The translations under genes were made by a program, and so were the position numbers. A model generated the notes under the pieces. That model made no database searches. It saw only the letters and a list, made by a program, of their open reading frames with translations, and was not told the origin of the DNA. Below are positions 53,924-64,000 of a stretch of 64,000 bases of DNA, piece by piece; position 1 is the stretch's first letter, and each line of letters opens with the position of its first letter. This DNA is from Octopus vulgaris (Eukaryota), in the NCBI GenBank assembly GCA_951406725.2, contig OX597814.1, forward strand, positions 137,454,001 through 137,518,000. Reading direction: 5' to 3'.

Positions 53924-54062
53924 CTTGCAGAGGCTAGTGTTGTAAGCCTGCAAGAGTGGAGGGTTGCTTGCAGAGGCTAGTGTTGTAAGCCTGCAAGAGC
54001 GGTAGGTTGCTTGCAGAGGCTAGTATTGTAAGCCTGCAAGAGCGGTGGGACGCTTGCAGAAG
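53924..54062. repeat. 43-bp tandem repeat, 3+ copies with degenerate flanking copies
   Basis: cttgcaga recurs at 53924, 53967, 54010 and 54053. Confidence 0.85.
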
Positions 54063-55175
54063 CTGGAGGTGCTAGCATGCAGGAGCAATGAGAAAGCAAC
54101 TAAAATCAAAGAAAAGTGAAAAAAAAAAACAGACAACTGGAATGCAAAACAATGTGCAGGCAAAGGAAATTTCCAGTCTTTAAAGTAGAGTTCAGTTAAG
54201 TCCGAAGTGGCCAATATGCCTAAAAGTGTCATTCACATGGCTGAGGGAGAGAAATAACAGCAACAATTGCTGTGTCCAATGCAGTGTCATCTTGAGCAGA
54301 AGAAATACAAGCTCATGAGAAAGACGAGAAAGCATATTGAGGCAAAGGAAAGGGGATTCATTTTGATGATAATAGGAACGGAACGCCACAAAAAACAAGA
54401 TGGTTGAAAGAAACACCGTTAATAATACCAGTCAAACACCCTAGTTGAAAGAAGACTGAGCAGCGAACTAGGAAATTTTTTTTGTTTTTGCAGTAGCAGA
54501 GTATGAAAATAGAAGTCCTTGCTAACGGATAAAGAATAAAACATGGCCAACACGTGTATAATCCTGGTAGTTGAGAGAAAGAAACTCATACATGGCACGT
54601 AAGAAAAGATTGTTGTCCAAGTGAATTCTGGAGAAAATTCCAGATAATTCTTTTTTTCGTTTTTTACAAGCAAGAAGAATATTCCCCTAGGACAGTGTTT
54701 TCAAAGGACCAATTTGTAAATTCAGTTACAACACAAGGAAAAATGATTTGCAGTTTCTCACTTGAAAATGGTGCCAAAATTTTCTGGTGAAGAAGACAAT
54801 ATGGCAACAAGGGACATCATGGGATGTTCCTATATGATGAATGGTGGTCTGGTTGTGTAAACAAAGTCGCGAAGGAGAAAAAAGGAATACGTATTCACTG
54901 GTCAGAATTTGTCTGGGGTTCACCATTTTAGAAGGAATTGTAGTGTGCTGCGTCGTGCCACCATTTTAGTTAGTTTAGTGGTCTGGAACGTCAGGGGTCA
55001 CCATTTTAGATGGATAAGTGTCCGTGCTGCATGGGGGGGGTCACCATTATAGATGGATAGGTTGTGGTGCCATCCAATGTGACTATCCAGAAGGCTGTAA
55101 TATCATTTGACAGGAAACCCAGTATAAAGAAATACATGGAACAAGGTGGTAACTTTAAATACCTTTAATGTGGCT

Positions 55176-55208
<33 letters not shown>

Positions 55209-55429
55209 CATATGAGCTGAATAATAAATGGAAATGGTTTGATGTGTGGAAGCCATGGTCTTCTCCTGTGCATTAGCTCCTATCTGCTACTGGCAGGTGG
55301 TGTGAGAGAGAGAGCTAGTTAGGTTACGTCTTCACAGTCTTGTGTCCCAATGCAGAAAGAGATAGAGGTAAGTGTCTAAACCTTAGTACCCTCTATTGTT
55401 CAATTAATTAGGGCACTGTCGTCAGGGGA

Positions 55430-55895
55430 GGTAACTGTGCCTACAGAATTGTTAGCACATCAGACAATAAATGCTTAATGGTATTTCTTCTGGCTTTGTG
55501 TGCTGAGTTCCAATTCTGACATCATCAACTTTGCCTTTTATCTTTCAGGGTTGATACCATAAGTAACAGTTGAGCACTGAAGTTGATGTTTTTACACTTA
55601 AACCTTCCCCCAAAATTGGCTTGCCTAGTGCCAAAATCTGAAACCATTATTATTATTATTATTATATAAGATGGCAAGCTGGCAGAATTGTTAGGATGCT
55701 GGACGAAATGCTTAGTGGTATTTCACCCATCGCTATGTTCTGAGTTTAAATTCTGCCAAGGTCAACTTTGCCTTTCATCCTTTCAGGGTCAATAAACTAA
55801 ATACCAATTATGCACTGGGGTCAATGTAATTGACTATCCCCCTCCCCCAAATTTAAGGCCTTGTGCCTATAGTAGAAAGGATTATTATTATTATT
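55430..55895 (+). mobile_element. Two tandem copies of SINE family B, (ATT)n tails
   Basis: gagtt(c)aaattctgcc..ggtcaactttgcctttcatcctttcagggtc motif, ending ggccttgtgcct...attattatt. Confidence 0.75.
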
Positions 55896-56865
55896 GGACA
55901 TTGACAAGAAAGTCATACTTGTCCTTGGATCAGTAAAATTTCAAAATTTTTCATCTGAATAAGTATATATTTTTGTTGAAAGTTTTTGTTAGTTATACAA
56001 AAGAACCAACATGCTTTTTTGCTAAGTTCTTTTGCTCATTTCCCTCAATCAATGGAATTGACTGTTTTAAATTTGATATTTACAAAGTTTATTATTTTCT
56101 TGGAAGCAAAAAGAAAAAAAGGATCCTCAGGAAGGAATAATAATGTTCAACAGAGAGGAATGCCTTAAAGAAGGAGTGGAAGAGAGTGTAGTAGAAATAA
56201 AATAAGAGAATGGTAGAGAAATAAATCTGCTGAGTATCATCTCATACTACTAGCATAATTGTTGCTGTCATGACAACATCAGTTAGCATTTGTGAAAATT
56301 TGCTGTCAGCTGCTAGCACAATGTTCATATACAGAGAGAAAAATTATCAGTAACAAAAACATCAACGAAAATAATAGAAACAACAATAATGATACAACAG
56401 CAACAATAGCATTGCCATCACCTGCTTGAGTTGATCAAAGATTACAGTAAAAAACACCACCACCTCTACCAACTATAGCATCACTTCCACATTTGTTCTT
56501 ACTAAGGTAGTTGACAAACCTAACAAAAACAACAGCCACACCAGCAATTCACAGCAATAACTACATCTCATCCATTACTGCCTACAAAGTAGCATCATTT
56601 GCTAATGCAATTTAAAGCTGGATCAAAATTTCACTGTTTGCTGAGACATTTTCTTTGCAATGCCAGAAGCAAAAATGGAAGTGATTTAAAGAAAGACCTT
56701 CATTTATAAATGTATTAATAGAAAGATGAAAAAAATTTACACTACCTCAGCACAAACTGAGAAATGCATGAAGAACACGTAGGGGTTTCAAATGGCATGT
56801 TAGAAAAAGGAGACAATATAGGATGGTGCTGGCTCTAGACCTAAAAGAAAAAGAAGAAAAAAGAT

Positions 56866-57276
56866 GGATCTTTTCGGTTTGAATGGCAGTTTTTTCTAGC
56901 AGTGTCATATGAAATTGTCACCCATAATTATGACCCTAGTATCGATCTATTGCATTTCTATCTGTTTTAGGGTTAGAGGTGGGGTGAAGGGTATTTTTTT
57001 CTTCACAAATGTAAATAAACCCAATCTGTTTCTTAAACGAGGGACATATTCATACGGCACAGAATGTTTTCACCTCAAATAGACGCCATTGATTGGTTGA
57101 AATTGCAGAAATTGAAGAAAAAAACAACAAATATCTTACAAACTATAGAATTTTCTCAATAAAGCCAAGAGAAAAAGAAGATGTTTTATAAACACATTCT
57201 AACAGTATATGAAGTTTAAAATTTTTTAGTTACCTAGAAATTATGTTAAAAACTGCCGTTCAAACCAAAAAGATAA
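56866..57276. mobile_element. Complete ~410-bp MITE with ~29-bp TIRs
   Basis: ggatcttttcggtttgaatggcagttttt ... aaaaactgccgttcaaaccaaaaagat. No ORF. No TSD seen, so superfamily not assigned. Confidence 0.75.
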
Positions 57277-57344
57277 CTGCACACACATTCCTCTGTTGAA
57301 AGCTATTGTTTTTTTATATAACATTTAGTGATGTTAGGACTAAA

Positions 57345-57610
57345 TACAAGGGTTGCACCAAAAGTAATGTAAAAGCTAAGATAGGCAATTCAGATTCCAT
57401 TTGTTGTTCTTCTCTAGTAACTCTTCTTCTTTGTCACAAGTAACTCATGGGTGCCGAGCAAAAGCAATAAGTTGTTACTGAGTTCTTGACAAAGGAGGAG
57501 TGTAGACTGTCCAACATCCACAGAAAGCTAGTTTTTTTTTTAGAGATATGACACTATCGACAAGAGTAATGTGCACAAATGGATGAAGAAATTTAGGACA
57601 AGGGAATTTG
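57345..57610 (+). mobile_element. Mariner 5' fragment
   Basis: tacaagggttg...aaaagt TIR-like start; VTEFLTKEE..IHRKL, DKSNVHKWMKKF helix-turn-helix-like remnant. Confidence 0.45.
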
Positions 57611-58102
57611 GCTCTGATTTGCTAGAAGCATTTGAAACCAACGAAGATATTTTTTACTTCCCAATCTGGTGATGGGATAAAACATGGAGGTATTTTTATG
57701 GTTCAGAAAGAAGGCTTTTGATGATAAGCACCTCTTAACATGAAGGAAAAAATGCCTTCTAATCAAAATACCAGTCCCAACAAATGGCAATGTATCATTA
57801 TAATATTAAAAAAATGTAACTTTTGAAGTATGAAGATCTGGAGATAGAGATAACCCAAATGCAGAATCTGAAGGTAAAAACAATTCCTGTAATAATAAGT
57901 ACTTGAGATATGGTCAAAAAACATAAAAATACATAACCAAAACACAGGAACTTATGAATTTATATAAATATATAGAGAAAATAGCACTGCTAGGTACAGC
58001 ACACTTTCAGTATGATAATAAAAACGCCCAAACAAACAACCTAAGGAACACAAAGATGTGCTCTGTAGTGCAGTAAAAATGCACAATAAAAATTAGACTA
58101 CT

Positions 58103-58330
58103 AAATAATAATCCTTTCTACTATTGGCAAAAGGTCTGTAATTTGGTGGGAGGGGACTGGCCAATTTACATCAACACCAACACTTGACTGGTACTTATTT
58201 TATCAATCTCCAAAAGAATGAAAGACTAAGTTGATAATGGCAGAATCTGAACTCAGAACATAAAAAGCCAGAAAAAATTCTGTTAAGTATTTTGTCTGGC
58301 ACAGTAACAATTCTGTCAGCTTGCCACCTT
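58103..58330 (-). mobile_element. SINE family B, degenerate copy
   Basis: Reverse-complement similarity to 55670-55895. Confidence 0.65.
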
Positions 58331-58699
58331 TTGAGTTTATTGTACAGTGCTCAGACGCACTACAACTAATCAGAAAAGGGTGAAAAAAGGGACAGAAAGC
58401 AGAAATAAGTCAAGTAAAGAAATACAGTAATGATAGCCAAATGTACATGCATAGTACACAAGATTAAGCATAAGAAGTCAGTAATGCGAACAGTGAAAGA
58501 GCTAAAAAGAGGAAAGGTACACAGGCATGACATGTAGTATTGATGAATTTCAGGAAGCATGGAATTTTTGAAGGATACAGTGTTCTTAGAGTTAACAAGT
58601 GATGCAGGTAGTTTATGACAGGTTTCAACAATTCTGAATAAGAAAAATGTTTCTGAAAGTCATGAGTGTGACACAGTTTTTTCATTTTATAAGCATGTC

Positions 58700-59350
58700 A
58701 ACAGGTGATAAAGATATTTAATCCAAAAAGGTGGCCAAAGTTGTTATTAGAAAGTCTTGTGGACTTCTACCATCTCAGTTGGTAAACACCAAAGCTTTTG
58801 TGTGTTTACCCAGAGAAGCATGATGTCCAGGATATGGAAATGGATTGATGGATATTACTCATCTGGTTGCCTTTCTCTAGACAACTTCCAGTAGATTAAT
58901 ATGCAGGACAAGACTGGGTGTGGTTCCAGATTGGAGCACAAAATGCAGATGTTTCACAGCAATATATAGTTTTAAAAACATAGCCTGTATGTAACTGACA
59001 AAAGTGTTACTGAGTAATGCTCAGACATCTTTAGTCTTTTCGATGACAATGATACCCAAGTTACATTCACCAGCAAATTTCTTAAAGTTGGTGTTGTGGA
59101 AGGAGAAGGTAAATCCAGGTTTTTCCTCCTAGAATTATAGTGGTGCACTTGTCTACAGCCAGCTTGAATTGCCAACCTATGACAGCATTGTATCCTGGCT
59201 GACTTGCCAGAAATTTCAATCGTCTATAGGAGCCAATTGTTCTTTTTGTCTCAAGACACAGCATAATGTCATTTGCGTATTTCATCACAGTAGCATGCTT
59301 CAAGTTGTTATCTATTTTGTTAATATCAAACCAAATGCAGCATAGCAAAG
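58700..59350 (-). mobile_element. Ancient CR1/L2 RT remnant
   Basis: MKYANDIML (YADD-like), WQFKLAVDKCTTIILG. Confidence 0.5.
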
Positions 59351-60339
59351 GAAGAATTTAGAAGATACTCGCTGAATAAGGTCCTCATATTCCTTGGTTG
59401 CAGCAATGTGCATCTCACATGCACAATTTATAACCACTTGATAAGGGATAAATTAGAACAGGATTTATTGTCAGACCTGTTGAATTACTAGAAAAAGAAA
59501 GTATAGGCATTTTTTTTTTTAGTTAGAACTAAAAATCAAATAACTTTTTCAAAATTGTCATATGAATAGTTTAAATATTGATTTAGAATACACTAATGAG
59601 CTCAGGATAATAACTTCAATGCAACACATCAACATTACATTGCACTCTTTGAGGAAGCAGGTTTTCTAGTTTCCTATTAGTCCATCAGAGATTCCACTGT
59701 AACTTTTACACATCAAGTTCTTACTACTTCATTTCTAAATATCAGGTTAGAACACTTCCCAAATGACACTGAGATTAGCATTTTGGTCTTTGGAATTTTT
59801 CTCTGACTCCTTACTATGAGAACATACCAATTAGCTTACAGTAGTTCTCAATGATAACCATTCTTGAACACTTGTTTCATAGTGTCAAGAACTAAAATAA
59901 ACAGAAGGCCAAGAACAGAGTCTTGGTGAGCATCTACTTGTACACTAAAATCTTCACTGAACTCACTGCCGATTCTAATCTTTCTTATGACATCTTCATA
60001 TATTGTATGACGTTCATCTATACCTAGATTTCTTCCTTGTAAGAGATTGTGGCATTACCATACATATAAACTTTATACTGGATCTGTGCGGTTAATTTGA
60101 CATTCAGGAGAGCAAGAAAGTCCAGTTGATCCAATAATTATTTATTACTAATTAGAGAAGTGCTGCAGAACAATACATAAATTCCTGGCAAGTTCAGATT
60201 ACAACATGGTTTTGATTCTCATTTGACTCTTAACTTTGTTATGCATTGGAACTATGCTATGAAAAAGGCCCTAACAAATTCTATCTGAGACATACAAGCT
60301 TGGAAAAGTGGACATTAATTGATGATGATTATGATGATA

Positions 60340-62020
60340 TAGGAGGAAGGAGGAGACAGAAACTTAAAATTTGGAGGACAACTGGGAGTTTTTACAAGAC
60401 AACCTGCTGTGAGCAACAGATCAGATCTGTGACTGAGGTAAGGTTCTAATGAGATGATAGATAACATGGTGGTTGAATAGTACAGTGAATACGGCTACAG
60501 TAATTAAGAAGTAAGCTGGAAAAGACTGGAATAAATAAGAAGTAAAGAAAGCATTATGGAAGAGCTACAGTGTAAGTTTGTTAGAAAAATACAATGTATA
60601 GTTGAGAGAGGGACAACCAAGTAGACTCAGCAGAAGGACTAGCCATTAAAGTTGAAAGCTATGCATTAGAAAAGCTGAGTTTAGAAGAAAGGCAGTTAGA
60701 CCATCTGGTGTGGTCACTAAAATGTTTAAAATAACTGGCAAAGTAGGTCTCCTGCATTGCCATTCAAGTGTTACAGGGAGGTGGTGTTATGAAATTGATT
60801 TCTTCTAATGCTCAGGAGGGTCCTTCAAAATAGCTGACATTTTTTGTTACCTAGGTAACCTAATTAGCAATCTGATTTTGTGTGAGAAAGTAGAATTAAA
60901 TATACCATATTTATAGTTAAATGACTTGAAGAAAGTTCTCAACTAAGAACAAACTAGGCTATTTTACATTTGTTGGTCTAAAGAAGAAAACTGACAGGGT
61001 TGTTCTGTAGCTTAACAAATACTAAGAAAACTAGATATAGATAAATGTCATACAATATATGAAGATGTCATAGGAAAGGTTAGAATCAGCAGTGAGTTCA
61101 GTGAATATTTTAGTGTACAAGTAGATGCTCACCAAGGCTCTGTTCTTGACCTGTTTATTTTAACTCTTGACATTATGAAACAAGTGTTCTAGAATGGTGA
61201 TCCTTGAGAACTACTGTAAGCTGATTAGTGTGTTCTCATAGGAGTCACAGAAAAATTCTAAATACAAAAGTAATGTTTGGAATCCAAAGACCTAAAAGTG
61301 AAAAAATAGCAAAATGCTAATCTCAGTGTCATTTGGGAAATGTTCTAACTTGATGTTTAGAAATGGAGCAGTAAGAACTTGATGTGTAAAAGTTACAGTG
61401 GAATCTCTTATGGTCTGATAGGAAACCAGAAATTGATGATGAGAGAGATGCACAATAGTAGTTAACAGTACAAACATGCAGGAAATAAAGTCCATGGACT
61501 ATCCAGATGGCTCATAAGACATTGTTGATAGTTTGTTGCCTAGGTGATCCAATCAATGTCAGATAATAAACACAGTGGCAAGAGAAATGAAGTAGTAGGA
61601 GTTCAAGACGTTGTTGCTTATGTTGACAACAAAAGATGCTATTTTGATATTAAAGTAGATTCTATGAAACAGGCATATGATTTGTGATGTTGTAAAGTAG
61701 TAAAACATTGGTGTTGTAAGCATATGATCAATAAAAGTGGAGAGAAATAAGGCATGCATAATCTACTGGGTTTGTAATAAAAAATTGCATGAAAGATAAA
61801 GTTAAAGTGAGCCGTGAGAATGGCTGGGCATTAGAAATATCAGCCAAAGAGTAATGGTAAAAAAAAAAGTGCAATAAGTGCTGAAGCAAAAATTATTATG
61901 ATTGAGATGGAAGCTCCATAAAAAACAAATAATGAATAACTGAAAAGAATGGTGGTAAGCTATTTAGCAGACACAACCAACATGGAGATATAGATGTTTA
62001 AACATTGATGATGATAATGG
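60340..62020 (+). mobile_element. Ancient RTE remnant
   Basis: Decayed similarity to the 18343 element (SEFSEYFSVQVDAHQGSVL, gttgatagtttgttgcctaggtga) and a gat-rich end. Confidence 0.55.
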
Positions 62021-62456
62021 AAGTGTGTGCATAGGCAGGGAGATATATATAGAAATGAAAAATAGACCAAAAAATCAGCAGAGGAGGGACTTGTAGAAGA
62101 GCTAGGGGTAGAATATGTTGCTTGTATTGTGTTTTCAGTAGAGAGAACAACCTATTAAGTTGACAGTATGAGTCAAATGGCCAAGCAGATATGGAATTGA
62201 GCTGACAGTTTAAATCTATTGAAAGCATATTTCTTTGTGTATTTGAATGGTTCTCTAACTCCCTGACCGAAATGAACATTGGTATTACTTGAGATGAGAT
62301 TGGTATCCTATCTACTTCACATCATAAAACAAGTTCTAAGCACCAATCATTAAAAACTTAGAGATTAGGAGACATATTTACGAAAGAGGTAGCACTGTAT
62401 ATATTGGTATGTCAAATACTATATAGTGAATATTCTAGATTTATTAAAATTACCTT

Positions 62457-63655
62457 TGTAACGGGAATTTGTTGCTTCTTGCACTTTTGGGGTGCAACTC
62501 GGGTGCATTCACAATTTCCGTTCCTTTAATTTCCAGATTCTACCAGTCAAAGAACACAAACGCAACAGTAAAAATATATACTCTTTATTTTTCTTATAAC
62601 AGTAAGAAATAAGGTGGTATATTTGGTTCCACTTGGGTCTGGATGTGGCAAGGCTGAACTTTAATGCTTGTAAGAATCTTACAAGTTCAGCAGCAAAACA
62701 GAGCTGGTCAAATATGGCGTCCTTAGAGAGCGAAGAAAATACGGTCTGCAACAATTTGGTATCGAAAGCGTTCTGCTTACTGCTATGTGTCTCTCTGTAC
62801 CCCTTTGGTTAAGGTTAACGCTCCCTCGCCTAATCAGCTAATGTCACATCAGCAATTCCTTCTTCCGGTCTTCACGCATGCGCAAGAGGGCACTTCCCTT
62901 CTGCCTTTCCAGAAGGCTCCAACCCCGCACACGCGAACTGAAGATGACGTTGTGCGCGCGCGCACTGTTGTATAGCGTCACTACAAAAGCTCCCCCACGA
63001 GTGTGTAAGCATGAAACAAAATTCCTTGTAGTGACTTTAAAACTCAAGGTGGATACCAGATAACCAAAATAGCACACAATATGACAAATCAAGGCAGAAT
63101 TTACAATTTAAACAAGAAATGCACCAAAAGGAAAAAAGAGAAAAATACTCAAAATGAGCAAAGTTCAATAAGTATTGTAACTGTCACAATTGAGAATGTC
63201 AAATATAAATAGTTTTGGAAAGTTTTTTCGGCCAGTGAACAGTTCTGCCTGACCTCGTAACATAAGGTTTGTTCGAGGCAGGCTGCGACGACGAAGGTGG
63301 TGTTGCCGATGTTGGTGTTGATAAAGGTGCATGTGTAAATGGTGGTGTTGTCAAAGGTGCATGTGAAGGTTCAACGATGGTTGTGGCCGTGGGGTCATCA
63401 AAAGATGTGGATACCTCAAAATATGCCCTTTTAAAGCGATCTACGGAGACGGTCTCCGAACGACCCTTAATGTCAATTTTGAATACCTTCGGAGTGCGGG
63501 AAATCACACGAAAAGGTCCTTTGTAAGGAGTAACAAGAGGTCCCTTGACAGAATCATCACGAATAAAAACATGCGTCCAAGAATTAAGATCTGATGGCAC
63601 ACTAGAAGGAGGATTTTGGTGTCGAGGGTCCATAGGAGGAAGGGCAAAAACTAAC
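62457..63655 (-). mobile_element. Gypsy LTR retrotransposon 3' end (integrase C-terminus, PPT, 3' LTR 62457-62985)
   Basis: HVFIRDDSVKGPLVTPYKGPFRV..VSVDRFKRA, TRSGRTV. Polypurine tract gggggag, then LTR TGTAGTG...GTTACA with an internal AATAAA. Confidence 0.82.
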
Positions 63656-63726
63656 ACACTTGACTAACACACCACAATGTGAGTTTTCTCTAAATTTTGC
63701 TTAATTGGGGTTGAAATTTTAAAAAC

Positions 63727-64000
63727 TGGACCTGGCACGACCCGATGCATTCTACTCTTAAAAATGCTAGGTAAATTGTAATTGAAGAAATCCTATATTG
63801 TAGATTTCTATAAGAGACAAAGGGAGGCAGATAAAATCTGCCTTTTATAATAAGAGATTTTGTATCTTATCTCTTATTATAAAAGGCAGATTTTATCTGC
63901 CTCCCTTTGTCTCTTATAGAAATCTACAATATAGGATTTCTTCAATTACAATTTACCTAGCATTTTTAAGAGTAGAATGCATCGGGTCGTGCCAGGTCCA
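63727..64000. repeat. Perfect inverted repeat, arms at least 132 bp, 10-nt spacer
   Basis: 63727-63858 is the exact reverse complement of 63869-64000. Confidence 0.93.

Noticed and set aside
53924-54062. Palindromic repeats as a CRISPR array
   Set aside because: Inter-hairpin sequence is short and nearly identical between units; this is a plain tandem repeat.
56967-56976. Telomeric TTAGGG repeats
   Set aside because: Only one or two units, inside a MITE.

Overview
AT-rich animal genomic DNA, most likely an octopus. This is an inference from the SINE families, the RTE LINE type and the very long (TA/TG)n microsatellites. The only host gene I can support is a 7-coding-exon ACSF3-like malonate--CoA ligase on the + strand (16622-35122, 609 aa). 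All its introns have canonical GT-AG ends with matching phases. The rest is transposon-derived: a nearly intact CR1-group LINE inside microsatellite, a young 5'-truncated RTE LINE with a target-site duplication (TSD), several Helitrons, mariner/Tc1 elements, a Penelope-like GIY-YIG remnant, a HERO/NeSL-like remnant, a Helitron/MULE chimaera, a Gypsy 3' end with its LTR, a MITE family and at least three SINE families. The most notable unexplained structures are: (1) a covarying stem-loop shared by the SINE 3' tail and CR1-type LINE 3' ends; (2) a ~286-bp circularly permuted repeat carrying a tRNA-like Pol III unit, in tandem and inverted copies; (3) a perfect 58-bp inverted repeat bracketing a frame-neutral ACSF3 exon; (4) a GIY-YIG domain split by ~370 nt; (5) a perfect palindrome of Helitron 5' ends. 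I cannot show from sequence alone that any of these is a new biological system.
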